Part shown: piece after piece, positions 1-12,538 of the stretch
How the letters are laid out: the number at the start of each line of letters is the position of its first letter
Position numbering within the stretch: position 1 is the first letter of the stretch
From: Eledone cirrhosa
Taxonomy: Eukaryota
Assembly (NCBI GenBank): GCA_964016885.1
Contig: OZ024755.1
Coordinates: 36,704,001 to 36,768,000, forward strand
Direction of reading: 5' to 3'
DNA length: 64,000 nt
Position numbers and translations under genes: made by a program
Notes under the pieces: model-generated
Seen by the model: the letters and a program-made list of their open reading frames with translations, nothing else
What the model was told of the DNA's origin: nothing
Database searches by the model: none

Positions 1-621
1 AACACCAGTTGGTATTATTACTTTCAAATATTTAAAGAGACTGTCAATATTTCCATTCATGTTTAATGGAGACCGGGGGTGATTGAACCTCACCAATGTA
101 CACGTTTCAAACGAAATAAATATACTAACAACAAAAAATAAACAACAAATAGTTTGAATATAAGGAAATATATGGTGACTTCATCTATATGAAAAGTCTT
201 AAATGAAAATTAGTCCCATTTAAATCATCTTCGAAGGGAAGTAACTAAAAAATATGCTTGACTTTTTTCCTTCCCTTGGACTGTTGTTCATTTAAAATCC
301 ATATAATAAAAGGGATATAGATATATATGTGTATAAGCATTTCTTCTAACTTTAATTTTATACCTAATTGTGTATGGTTGACGGTATATTTAATTGATTT
401 CCACGTGCAGTTGAAATGTTGGGTAAATATTCTATGGCGGTCGGCCGCGAAGAGATTGCTGTCGTTTATTTATCTACTATTTCTTCATAGGTGCCTTTTA
501 ATCTTATAGCCTGGTCTAATTGATTTTTTGTGTGGTTAATTATGCTAATTGGGAGAGGAAATGGTGTATATATTATCAAATGATTCTATGGACATACTTT
601 ATAGTATATATATATATATAT

Positions 622-735
622 ATATTGTTATATTTGGGGAGGGTCATATTTGCGTAATATTGCCAGAATTAATAACAGAACACACTCACTGTTTCAGTGA
701 CACACGATTTCATATAAAAAACCTCGCAAAACTAA
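622..735. mobile_element. Short PLE-tail-like repeat fragment (two oppositely oriented halves) between (TA)n tracts
   Basis: Matches repeats at 3235-3560, 17550-17580, 45135-45248 and 53097-53210; family carries GAAACAAATATTGTT resembling a HHR 3' half. Confidence 0.5.
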
Positions 736-745
736 TTCATCGCCG

Positions 746-783
<38 letters not shown>

Positions 784-793
<10 letters not shown>

Positions 794-1286
794 GAAATGA
801 CAGGAGGCTGGATTTGTGTAAATCCTTGAAAGGTTTATTATACTATGATCATTTCAATGACCGGGTTCCGTATGAATCCGGTGATATCATCAGGTATTCG
901 AAATATAATACGTGAATGTAATAGATAAACTCGAGGGCCACCGGCTGAGGTTGAAGGAGCAGAATAGCGGTCGCCCTCGGGTCCTCGATTTTCAGCCCCA
1001 TGGATTTTATCTATTACATTCACGTATTATATTTCGAATACCTGATGATATCACCGGATTCATACGGAACCCGGTCATTGAAATGATCATAGTATAATAA
1101 ACCTTTCAAGGGTTTACACAAATCCAGCCTCCTGTCATTTCATTATAATATTTAACTCCGTAATAGCACCACCAACTACAAAAACAAAGACGGTTGAACT
1201 GCTTTACGTTGAGTACTCTCTATGTTATTACATTACGATTGACCATACGGAATAGACCAGCTCTATACAGTGGTGAACCCCAAACC

Positions 1287-1290
<4 letters not shown>
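784..1290 (+). mobile_element. Fold-back PLE pseudo-LTR fragment: about 145 bp inverted arms (784-929 / 1006-1151) flanked by (TA)n
   Basis: Near-perfect inverted repeat read directly; each arm carries a hammerhead motif. Confidence 0.7.
1038..1095 (+). ncRNA. Minimal type I hammerhead ribozyme (mirror copy 840-897, minus)
   Basis: ATAC-CTGATGA-stem II (ACCGG..CCGGT)-GAAA-TGATCA-TA-GTAT; stem I ATAC/GTAT, palindromic stem III. Confidence 0.7.
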
Positions 1291-1366
<76 letters not shown>

Positions 1367-1550
1367 TAAATAAATGCCATTGTTAAATAATAAATAAATC
1401 AACTAATACCTTAACACTTCACACAAAGTAAAACATTTCGTTTTAATCATTTTCTAACCCAGAAAAAAGAGAGAGAGAAACAAAAAAGGAAACAAATATA
1501 TTTTTCTTCCTAATAATCGTCTCTTTCTCCCTGTTTTCATATATATATAT

Positions 1551-1732
1551 AACAAAGAAAGTGTGGCAAGATACCAGGTGGACCATAACGCACCAGAGTA
1601 CTCGATACTTAGGGTAGTGGAGTGGGTAATAGGAAACGAGTCAGGATCCCGATGGTGGAGCTCCGGCCGTTTCGACAGCTAGATCCGAACTGTCCGGATC
1701 TAGCTGTCGAAACGGTCGGAGCAAATCATGGA
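1551..1732 (-). mobile_element. PLE-tail family A, 5'-truncated with terminal fold-back
   Basis: Homologous to 3660-3810, 29027-29172, 30563-30700, 32941-33135, 46141-46217 and 56705-56818; hairpin ..TTTCGACAGCTAGATCCG/CGGATCTAGCTGTCGAAA.. Confidence 0.6.
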
Positions 1733-1779
1733 ATAGCTAAGATAAGGAAAGCTACGGCAACCAGAGATACCAGAGTGTC

Positions 1780-2334
1780 ATGTTCGTGGATGCTACCCCT
1801 GGAGGGAAATTAGCTAAACAATGTAGAAAGGCCCTAAAAAAGACCTATCTAAAGATTAAAGTGGTAGAAAAGCCAGTAACTACCATAAAATCCCTGATCA
1901 GCAAAACATACCCCTTTAAGAAAACCCACTGTATAAATAAGAAATGTATTATATGTAAAATGAACCCCCAGATAAATTGTAAAACTAGAAATATAGTCTA
2001 TAGCATAAGATCCACAGTGGGTACTTGCAGAAACATGACAACGACATACATAGGTGACACAACTCGAAGCATAGGAGAAAGAGTAGACCAACACTGGGAG
2101 GAACTAGAAGGTTCAGTACTATATGAAAACGCCAGACAAAGACATGACGGTAATATAGACAACATAGAAATTAAAATAATATCTAAGAATAGAAATGACT
2201 CAACAGGTAGGCAAATCAGAGAAGCAACTGAGATAGAACTGAGAAGACCAACGTTAAACAGAAAGAACGAAGAGAATAACAACAACAACCATACCCAAAC
2301 AAATAATACTGAGCTAAGGGAAATAAATAAATAA
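1780..2334 (+). pseudogene. C-terminal GIY-YIG endonuclease fragment of a Penelope-like retroelement (5'-truncated)
   Basis: FVDATPGGKLA..KVVEK, Cys-rich linker CxxxxCxxC..C, NIVYSI..YIGDTTRS..R..H, RQIREATEI..LN; 3' UTR continues 2849-3120; second copy at 53325-53915 (-). Confidence 0.85.
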
Positions 2335-2352
2335 ATAAATATATACACAAGT

Positions 2353-2836
2353 CATCATCATCATCATTCGTCGACTACTGTCGAGATGATGGATCTCACT
2401 CTCATGCCCCAGAATTCCCTGTCCCCCATCGCCGCCCCCAGGTCCTGTCTACTGATTCCCGTATCCCTAGAGATAACGTCAGGGAATGACAGCTTCCTAC
2501 TCCTAGTCAGGCTGGAGTCAGGGTTCCAGAGCAAGAGAGCGGATATGATTTCATTGCTGGCACGGTGACAGTGGCCAGCAAATTGAGCTCACGCTACCCA
2601 GCAAAATACTTGACCGATACCGACTTTGCTGACGACATCGCATTGATCAGTCGGTCACTGGAAAATGCTGAGAGTCTTTTGAAGTCATTAGAGCAAGCGT
2701 CCAACTGTGTTGGACTGTACCTCAACGAATCCAAGACTGAGTGTGTGAACAGATGCGCAAACAGCCCAAACTACCCCATCAGAACCCTTAATGGTACCAC
2801 CCTTAAGCAGGTGGAAGATTACAAGTATCTTGGCTC
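2353..2836 (-). mobile_element. RTE-clade LINE fragment with 5' inversion, 12-bp TSD ATATACACAAGT
   Basis: Minus strand 2353-2565 encodes LLLWNP..RKLSFPDVISRDTG..AMGDREFW plus (ATG)n tail; plus strand 2565-2836 encodes RT DFADDIALI..YKYLGS; TSD at 2341-2352 and 2837-2848. Confidence 0.85.
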
Positions 2837-3068
2837 ATATACACAAGTACAATAACAACAAACACATATAAACACACACAAGTGAACAAAGATAGAATAC
2901 AAAAAACAAACAAACAAACAAAAAAAAACATACACTCAGGCGCGAACACACACAACAAACATTAAACACACACGCTAACGCATGCGCAGAGACAGAGACA
3001 AGAAGAAATAAATAAATAAAATAAAAATGGCGTAGACATACAATACAACAGGAGGAAACATAATAGTA

Positions 3069-3110
3069 CCACTGATGATGTTGCAGATGTGCAACGAAAG
3101 AACTTTGTTA
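3069..3110 (+). ncRNA. Degenerate minimal hammerhead motif in PLE 3' UTR
   Basis: CTGATGA-GTTGCA/TGCAAC stem II-GAAA; stem I weak; relatives at 17391-17433 and about 53335-53385 (-). Confidence 0.45.
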
Positions 3111-3270
3111 GACTATGTATATATATATATTTATATCTGTATTTTTAACCGTTGGTCAATCAATGATAAACATTGATTGCCAAATAAATTAACTATGGCG
3201 ATATAAAAGATACAGAAGCGAAAACCAACCAAACAGTGAGTGTATTCTGTTATTATTTCTGGCAATATAG

Positions 3271-3457
3271 GGGCGGTGAATTGGCAGTATCGGTAGAGGG
3301 TCGGACGCCATGCTTTGGCGCATAGAGTTACGGCCCTTGCCATTCTGAGTTCAAATCCCGCCGAGGTTAACTTTGCCTTTCATCCTTACGGGGTCGATAA
3401 AATAAAGTACCAGTAATACACTGGATAATTGCTGGCCTTGTGCCAAAAGTAGAAACA
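3271..3457 (+). mobile_element. tRNA-derived SINE (family 1, about 190 bp), 17-bp TSD ATTATTTCTGGCAATAT
   Basis: A box TGGCAGTATCGG, B box GTTCAAATCC, core GCCTTTCATCCTTACGGGGTCGATAAAATAAAGTACCAG (resembles Meta-type SINE core); TSD 3252-3268 / 3458-3474. Confidence 0.9.
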
Positions 3458-4169
3458 ATTATTTCTGGCAATATTACAACAATATGACCCTCCCCAAGTA
3501 TAACAATATTTGTTTCGACACACGATTTCATATCAAAAACCTTGCAAAACAAATTCATATATGTATATTTATATCCATGTATGAATTTACATACATATAT
3601 TCTTCCTGCCTAGTTATGCCTGTTTTTCCCGGTACTATACTTATATATATATATATCAGAATGGAGACTGTAAAAACCAGTTAGACCATTACTCACCAGA
3701 ATACTCGATACTTGGGGTAGTAGAGTGGGTAATATGAAAAATTCGGGACCCCGACGGCTGAGCTCTGGTCGTTTCAACAGTTAGATCGGATCTAGCTGTT
3801 GAAAGCTCGGACATAGATTAAAGGTAACCATTTATGTGTGTTGTATTGAAGCGAATAACTATGTGTCTAATCTGGGAGTTTACTTAACATTACGTATTGA
3901 GTACACTGAGATGAAACCGGTACTAGCAGTGAAACCCATGCTAGTCCTGTCAACTTATTATTATCATGATATATATATATATATATAGTGAGTGAGAGAG
4001 AGAATATGAATGTGGAGTAAAAGAAAGAAAGGAAAACAGTGCTCGATATAGTGTAAGAGCTGATATACTCTTTTACATGTTCTAGCCATCCGACTGAGGC
4101 CATGCTGGGGCACCGCCCTTGAGATATGTTGCATTGGTCAACGACATTTTTAGTGCATTGATACTGATA

Positions 4170-6563
4170 CATGATGTTACCTAATTTGAGTGAGCTGAAT
4201 TCAAATATGAAGTTAGTTTCCCTCTGATAGCTCCAAATTTTTGGCAATTAAGCTTTTTTTATATTTTCCAAAATTTGAATGTTTTTTGTTTTTTGCATCA
4301 TGATGCAATCCATCTGAACATTTTATGGTGATACCATCTTCATAATAGGTGAAAAACAAATAACTTTGCAATGAGGTTCTAGATCTATTCATAAAGACTA
4401 GTTAGTACACCACAATAAGAATTAGGCTATAAAAATAATATTTAATATTCCAATAAATGTTACCATTTGCCAATATAGATACAGATACGTAACTCCGTTA
4501 ATAAGGTCAGACATGGAATAGTATTGAAGGCAAAACAAAAACAGATCTTATTAAGGCAAGAATTTACGCTTGTAGCTCCCGCATTTGTGGACTTTTCCAG
4601 GGCAATCTTGCTTAATGTTCCAATAGTAGTCTGCCATCATATTTTTGTCCCATCTGCCTTGGTACCGTTCTTCCATGGTTCTGATGTCTTGATGGAAGCA
4701 TTCTCCATGCTCATCACTAACAGCCCCAAGATTCTCAGGAAATTGATCAAGGGGACTATGCAGCAAATGGAGTTTGACACTCATTTTACTCCCCAAGATC
4801 ATGAAAAGCTGACATGTTAGTTACAAGAATTTCATACTCATCTGCTTTTCTGTATATTTTGTATAACTACCACGAATGACAGCCATGCTGCCCTTTCCTT
4901 GTCATTCATCTTTTCGATAAATTCCACATCATAAACAAGGGCAGAAATCTGAGCTCCATCAAACTCACCTGCTTTAATCTTCTCAAAGGACAAAGTAGTG
5001 AATTCAGAGACTATATGTTGAAAACATTCACCATCAGTATTCAAGGCTTTTGTGAACTGCTTCATCAAGCCCAGTTTGATATGGAGTGGAGGGAAAACAA
5101 TCTTATCTCGACCGACAATTGGATATTTAACAATATTTGGCATGCCTGCTCCCAGAGTCTCACGGATGGTCCACTCCTTCTGGCTGTCCCACAGCAAGGA
5201 TATTTTGTGAAACCTTTCTGTTGACCGAAGAGGAAAGTGACCAAAGTCTACACAAATAATCAAGTTGTGTTCATATTTTAGTAGGTCAATAACCGTTTTT
5301 ATGTCATTATATCCTTGACTTTGCCTTTCATCCTTACGGGGTCGATAAAATAAAGTACCAGTAATGCACTGGGTAATTGCTGGCCTTGTATCTAAAGTAG
5401 AAACAATTATATCCTTCTCATAAATGCAGTGAGTGACCAACTGGGACAGCTCCATAAACATTGCCATTGTTCAGGAGAACCCACGTTAGACATAGTTGCC
5501 ACTCAGTTAGATTGTAAGATGGAATGCCTAATACCTGGAGAAGACCTGGAATATTATGGCAGAAAACAAAATGTTTCTCTTCTGAAAAATACAAGACAAA
5601 AAATCTGGTCCCGCTTTCGGAAATAGGAAACTTTCGCAGTTTGGTCAAGTAGTTTTTTTTCTTGCAGCCTGGATGCTAACACTTCAGCTGCATTCTTGGA
5701 GAACCCCAGACCCAGATCATGTACTAAATCATTTAGTTCTGATGGTTAAACTGTTGAGGAGTTGACTCTTAGATATAAGAGAGTTTTTGAATTCTGAACT
5801 TATTTCTTCAACCTCATTACCATCATCAGGATGTTGTTCACTTCTTTTATCTTCGGATGAGGTTAACCAATGAAAAGTTGGAATCGGGAGTGCATAATAT
5901 GTCTGATTACAGATAGAATATTAGGATAAAAGGTTTTATGCCTGTTTTTCATGCCAAAACCCTTTCTCTTGACCAGACAAAAATAATTGTTTCTATTTTT
6001 GGCACAAGGCCAGCAACTACCAAGTGCATTACTGGTACTTTATTTTATCGACCCCGTAAGGATGAAAGGCAAAGTTATAGTCAGTTGTGTGCTCTTTGGG
6101 CTCTTGCCACACCAAAGGAACTCCAAAAGACAGACCTCTCCATTTTCCTTTTGTCCAGTCATGAAGCCTTTCATCACAGATTAGACATACAATAGGAGGG
6201 GCCCATTGTTTTGTCTTGGTTGCCAATTCTAAAGTAGGCTTTATAAGCTTGTCTTGTAGACAATATTATATTACGCCATTGACGAATAAGTGTGAAGGTG
6301 CTACAGACGTAGTAGAAGCCATCAGGATTATTCACAGATCAATGTTTGCTTGAAGAAGCCATGATTAGACCGGAAACATAAACATAATTGTCAATTTTAA
6401 GTATGATATATCCCGACAGGTCAAAAAAGTATATATCAAAATTGCAAGAAAACCAGAGCATATAGAGCAAAACAAATTTCAAATTTTAAATCAGCACAAA
6501 AAATTAAGCTAGAAACAGCGAAAAAATCTCAAGCACCAGAAAAAAAAAAAATTGTTACCCAGT
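4170..6563 (-). mobile_element. Decayed Chapaev3-like (CMC) DNA transposon, frameshifted transposase, interrupted by two SINE fragments (5315-5408, 5983-6076)
   Basis: Motifs WAPxxVCxxC..PLVWQEPKEH, PPLHIKLGLMKQFTKAL, KIKAGEFDGAQI, FPENLGAVSDEHGECFHQDI..MEERYQGRW..MMADY; imperfect subterminal inverted similarity 4175-4247 vs 6443-6515; end ..TTGTTACCCAGT. Confidence 0.75.
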
Positions 6564-6574
6564 ATTATTTATTT

Positions 6575-6756
6575 CGGTGGATTGGCAGTATCGGTAGAGG
6601 GTCGGACGCCATGCTTTCCAGCATAGTTACGTCCCTTTACGATCTCAGTTCAAATCCCGCCTAGGTTGACTTTGCCTTTCATCCTTACGGGGTCGATAAA
6701 ATAAAGTACCAGTAATGTACTGGGTAATTGCTGGCCTTGTGCCTAAAGTAGAAACA
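6575..6756 (+). mobile_element. SINE family 1, TSD ATTATTTATTT
   Basis: Same A/B box and core; TSD 6564-6574 / 6757-6767. Confidence 0.9.
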
Positions 6757-7026
6757 ATTATTTATTTAAGCTCTTTTCTTACACGGGACAAAGAAGATAT
6801 TTCAGGATGTCAACATCGCAATGGCCAACAACTACCTAAGAGGAAGGCGTCTATATATAAATTTCTGCGATTCTGTCACAACACGTAAAGAGTGAGGAGT
6901 AGTTTGACTACCTCATACTACTCCTCTCTCTTTACGTCTGCTGCCTGCGTGAATGTATGTGTGTGTAAAAGGAAGGAAGTGGGTGGTAAAAAACTACAGC
7001 TATCAGCGACGTGTATGTCCAAGTGT

Positions 7027-7333
<307 letters not shown>

Positions 7334-7649
7334 GCAGCTTGTTGAAACAAATTCTCAGACCAGAAAGAGGCGTAACTCTTTGCTGCAAAGCATGGCGTCC
7401 GACCCTCTACGCGGCAGCTTGTTGAAACAAATTCTAATTCAATAAATTTACCAGATCTTCAATCACATTGACATCTATACGATATAGATACCTACAAACC
7501 GAACACACATGTACAAACATACCTTTCAATTCCCTTTGATATAGTATGTAAATAAGCAAAGAGATAAATATGTAAATATTTCATAATTGTAAAGAAATAT
7601 GCAAATATTTCAAATTGCTAAACAATTCATATTTTCCGAACTTCTTATA

Positions 7650-8372
7650 TAATAATAATAATAATGAAATTATTGTGTACAGTGCTCAGGTGCAATACTA
7701 CTCATCAAAGGTGCATGTATAGTACATAGAATAATTGTTTCTACTTTTTGGCACAAGGCCAGCAATTATCCCAGTGTATTACTGGTACTTTATTTTATCG
7801 ACCCCGTAAGGACGAAAAGCAAAGTTTACCTCGGCGGGATTTGAACTCAGACCAGAAAGAGGCGTAACTCTTTGCTGCAAAGCATGGCGTCCGACCCTCT
7901 ACCGATGCTGCCAATCCACCGCCCTAGTACAAACTTTAATGTACAAATGTCAAGAAAATGAACAGTGTATAAGTCATGATATACATGTATGCATGTGTAT
8001 GGAGGGGGAATATCAGGTGTAGTGTTGGCGAATTTCAGGAAGCATGGAGGTTTTAAAGGATGCAGTGTCCCGACAGCTAACAACTGATGCAGGTAGTTTG
8101 TTCCATGCTTCAGCAACTCTGAGCGTGAAAAAATGTTTCCGAAAGTCATGGGATCTGTGATGTTTTCTGACTTTGTTGGCATGCCCACATGTGTTAGACA
8201 CATAGAAACCAAAAAGGTGCTCAGGGTTGTTGTTGGCAAGATAGTTAATCATTTTGTGGGTGTTTACCAAGTCAGTTGCCAGACATCGGAGCTTCAATGT
8301 ATCCATGCCCAGGGAAGCAAGGCGTTCAGAGTATGGTAGATGTCTGATGGAGGGTTCTAAGTAAGACTCCAA
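7650..8372 (-). mobile_element. CR1/L2-type LINE 3' fragment with (ATT)n tail, interrupted by a SINE
   Basis: LPYSERLASLGMDTLKLR..DL..GH..KHFFTLRVAEAWNKLP..SFK is the CR1-type ORF2 C-terminus. Confidence 0.85.
7733..7924 (-). mobile_element. SINE family 1 (a fragment of it is duplicated at 7354-7410)
   Basis: Reverse complement of family consensus. Confidence 0.9.
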
Positions 8373-8416
8373 ATACGTCGAATCATTTTACTGCAAGACG
8401 TCCTAATTTGTTAGAA

Positions 8417-8707
8417 CACCCATGGGCGACCTGCGGCCCGCAAAGCTTTCTGAATAACTCACCTAAGTCACCTAAGTAAAATCTTTCTGATTTTTTTACC
8501 CCAACTTTTCAGTCGTAATTTATCTTTCTATCATTTTTACGATCGAGGAAAACAACGTGTACGAATTCCGAAGAAACAAATCAAAACAACCTGAGTTACT
8601 GCCCTCTTTAAAAATTTGGGCATGAATGTAAATTAGCACTTGCGGCCCGCCTGATGGTTAGTCATATCTCATGCGGCCCGCTTCTCGAAAAAGGTTGCCC
8701 ATGCCTG
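8417..8707 (-). mobile_element. hAT (Charlie-like) MITE
   Basis: Terminus CAGGCATGGGCAACC, internal GCGGCCCGC motifs, near 8-bp TSD (T/C)GTTAGAA; second copy 43367-43657. Confidence 0.8.
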
Positions 8708-8812
8708 CGTTAGAACCTAATATGTTGATACGGAGAGACTCGATGTCGTTATATTGGTGATGAGTTTCATCACGAGGATCTCCCTGAGCTAACCAGCATA
8801 AACATTTATACA

Positions 8813-8908
8813 TTCTTCTTCTTCTTCTTCTTCTTCTTCTTCTTCTTCTTCTTCTTCTTCTTCTTCTTCTTCTTCTTCTTCTTCTTCTTCTTCTTCTTCT
8901 TCTTCTTT
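8813..8908. repeat. (TTC)n microsatellite
   Basis: Direct reading. Confidence 0.95.
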
Positions 8909-9420
8909 CAGCCATCCGTTGCTGTTGTTACAATGATTTACGGAGATTCAAGCTTTGGCTGTGAGAAGTGTTGGAGAATATAAGGTCCAGACACGGAAAG
9001 ACACCTGCAGCTTTGTGGATTTTCTTAAATGGCGACTGGAATTACTCATTGACCTTGACTTCACTGATGATCTGGGACTCCTTGGAACTACATCTTCGAT
9101 AATGCAAGTCATTACCGTCAGTTTTAGCAACATCAAATCGAAGATTGGTCTTCATAACAAGATAAGAAAACCCAACGTGCTGCTTTGGGTGGGAGGCATT
9201 GCAGGAACCAGTCCTAGTGGAGCGCCAGAGTCTCGAAAAGATTAACTCTTTCACAGACATTAACACTTTTGATTGAAGATCTACTTTGGAAAAGAAAATC
9301 CACAAAGCTGCAGGTGTCTTTCCGCGTCTGGACCTTATATTCTCCAACTTTTCTCACAGCCAAGTCATGAATCTCCGTCTGTATAGGTCAATCATTGTAA
9401 CAACAGCAACGGATGGTTGA
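8909..9420 (+). mobile_element. RTE LINE RT fragment with inverted duplication of its distal part
   Basis: LIDLDFTDDLGLL..KIGL and KAAGVF..NLRLYRSIIV; 8909-9027 is a diverged reverse complement of 9293-9420. Confidence 0.7.
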
Positions 9421-9765
9421 AATAATAATAATGATTTCTTTATTAACCACAAGGGTTTACATAAAGTAGACATTAAGGACAGTGCAGGACAATACAGTAC
9501 GGTACAAATGGGCATTTCTGCGTGTAAAAAACAAAAACAGAGGATGTAACAAAAAAATAACAATGAAAAATTCCCCAATAGGGGGGAGACTTCGGAGGGA
9601 CATTTGTGGAGAAAGCCCAGTAAAAGGCCACAGTGACCCTGACCACCAAGGCAAGTGCCCTCTCCCAGTTTTCCACCTTTAATTTACAGATATATACTCA
9701 GAGTAGGCCCATTCACTCGGGCCATTCTTGCTTCTCTCACCCATCTTTCAACAAAATGCTGGGAA
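9421..9765 (-). mobile_element. Tx1/L1-like LINE 3' end fragment
   Basis: Minus strand FVERWVREARMARV, homologous to 21740-22330; tail AATAAAGAAATC(ATT)n. Confidence 0.6.
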
Positions 9766-10086
9766 GAGAAATAATAATAATAATAAGAAGAAGAATGTAT
9801 AAATGTTTATGTGTTTGTTATTGTATGTGTTTACGTTCGTCTAGCATGCTTCGTCGCAAATAGTTCAAAATCAATTTCAGCTACACAGCCTTTGAAACTG
9901 GAACCATTGCAAGCATAGAGACATTTTCTAACAGATCCAAATATTAAATTATAGGTTTATTGATACATTTAGTGATATAATATACACTAGCTCCCATTTT
10001 AAAGCAGAATTGAAGTTTGTATAAATTTCTATGAATTGGCTGAAGTTAATTTTGAATATATGATGTTGAGATTTGGTGACGAGTAT

Positions 10087-10500
10087 GGAAGCATGTGGCC
10101 TAGTGGTAAGGGACTTACGATCATAATGTCGTGGGCTCAATTCCTGGGCTGGGTGTGGTTGTTGTGTTCTTGAGCAAAACACTTCATTTCACGTTGCTCC
10201 AGAATACTCAGTGGAGGTGTGTGGCCTAGTGATAAGGGTGTTGGACTTACGATCATAATGTTGTGGGTTTGATTCCAGGGCTGGGTTGTGTGTTATGTTC
10301 TTGAGCAAAACACTTCATTTCATGTTGCTCCAGTATATTCAACTGAAAAGGAGTACCAGCAATATCTGAGAGTTTAATCCTGCGATGGACTGGCGTCCTG
10401 CCCAGGGGGGGGGGGTATTGTACACTCAGTTGCTTAACGCCATGGAAACCAGGATAAGCACCGGCCAAATGGGCCTCCGGGTTTGAGACAGACTTTAGAC
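10087..10500 (+). mobile_element. tRNA-derived SINE family 2 with tandemly duplicated head (10087-10212, 10213-10500)
   Basis: TGGCCTAGTGG A box, GGTTTGATTCC B box, TTGAGCAAAACACTTCATTTCA core, CCTGCGATGGACTGGCGTCC domain. Confidence 0.8.
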
Positions 10501-10657
10501 TAGACATGTTTAGGAAATCAAAAACACGTGTATGGAAATTAGAAAATAGCTGGTATAATGCGTGTGTCTAACGAATGGCTGTCCCAGTTCAGTGACGAAT
10601 CTATCTAGGGTTCTTTTAAATGGCTGATAACACCTTACCAGCGCCACTCGAATAAGG

Positions 10658-10935
10658 TAATTATTTAACCCATAAATGAGGCCCTATTCCGGGCCAGAGC
10701 AGACCCGGGAGGGATAACAACTAAGGGGTAACTCCACATTCCCCACAGCTCCTAAACTCCCGAACTAGAGCCTTGCCACTGGATGCAATTTAATGTCATA
10801 CCCAGGACAAGATAATTATTTAACCCACAAATGGGGCCCTAACATGTACTACTATTCCGGGCCAGAGCAGACCTGGGAGTTATAACAACTCCCGAACTGG
10901 AGTCATGCCACTGGATGTAGTTTAATGTCATACCT
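10658..10935. repeat. Two partial tandem copies of an interspersed repeat (possibly RTE-related)
   Basis: AATTATTTAACCCA..CTATTCCGGGCCAGAGCAGACC..GCCACTGGATG..TTTAATGTCATACC occurs twice. Confidence 0.6.
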
Positions 10936-11059
10936 CAGTGACGAAAAGAAGCTTTAAACAAATGGGATAGCAAATTCGGCTGCCTAAGTATATGTTATTT
11001 AATATTGTTATTGATGTAACGATTGACAGAATTGGTAAATAGTCGGCTAAAATACCATT

Positions 11060-11230
11060 GCAGCATTCCTTGTGACTCTTAATATTCCGCATTCAAATAC
11101 CGCCGTCATCAACTTTGATTTTATCCTTTCGGGATCGGTAAAATATATACCAGTCAAGTCCTTCGGTGGATTTAGTTAAATTAGCCCTTCACTAAATTCG
11201 CTGGTGTTGTGCTTAAATTAGAAATCAATA
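11060..11230 (+). mobile_element. Old, diverged SINE related to family 1
   Basis: TTCAAATACCGCC..AACTTTG..ATCCTTTCGGGATCGGTAAAATATATACCAGT..GTGCTTAAATTAGAAA. Confidence 0.6.
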
Positions 11231-12470
11231 TTTGTATTGTTATTTATCAAATATTACTCCTGATAGAATAGATCCATTATAATAGGCGTTCCATCCATGG
11301 CCACGACATCTGTTTTCTGTTATATGTACCCTATTTTCCATTATGTAATTTCTTTTTAAAGACAGTTAGATGAGATTTGAAGTAAATCTAACTCCCACTT
11401 CTAGCAGACCCAGTGACAGTGAAGCCACTTCAACGTTAGTTCGTAGAATATATTATAGTAGAATATAAGCGTACATTTTTTTTTCATCCTTAATTAAGAT
11501 AAACCAAACATTCTAAATCAACGATTTCGCTCGGGGACTTTATTTTCTTTTCATTTTTATGGAGGACGCCTTAACGTTAAGACTTGAATGTTAAAATAGA
11601 ATTTGAGAGATATTATATAGAGATCAGACAGAGAAAAAATCGTTGTTGATTTGAAGTTATTCAAACTATTGAACCGAGTGCTTTGTTTCGAAACAATTAA
11701 ACATTTCCGGTTGACCTTTCTTGAATTAACAACCATTATGGAATATTTATGATGTTTACATTCAGCTAGCAAGTGTCAAGGGAGAGGCAAAATCACATCA
11801 AGTGAAAATAGTAACAAAACTTTACTAAATTTACTGAAGTGTAAATCGTAAAATTAGATGTTTGTTGTATCTGAAAACACAGAATTTTCTTTTATGAAGC
11901 AATGCTGGGCACTCAACTTGGTCGACTCACCCATTACAAATACCACGATATCTTACTCAAATCAAACAATACCTTCTTTAAAACGGGCGCAGCGAATAAT
12001 GTAGTCCATGAAACGAATTGTCAAAACAAAGGACAGGTGATCAGGGCTGGAACGCCTTTGATCATAGCTCATCCTGATCAGACGCCCAGGGGGAAAATCG
12101 ATAGCAGTAATAACAACAAAAGCAACAATAACAAGAGAAGAAGCATCAATTATAGATAGGTGTTTCTATTGATTTAAACGTTGTATATATATATATATAT
12201 TTATATATATTTATATCTCTGTTTTTGCATAGTATGCCACGAAACTACGTAGTCGGGGACTAAAGAAGCAGTTGGGTATGATATATCTTATTACTAATTA
12301 TATCTAATGTTTCTTCTCTCTTCATAATGTATTATATATATATATATATATATAAATATATATATAAAACCAAAACTGAATACTAACCAATACTATTACT
12401 AATTCTCACTTATTCCTAATTAAACTAATTTTCACTGTGAACAATTTTTCAGCATTTTCTTTTCCGTTTA

Positions 12471-12538
<68 letters not shown>

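Noticed and set aside
3271-3365. tRNA genes at A/B box motifs
   Set aside because: No cloverleaf; these are SINE heads followed by a shared core and TSDs
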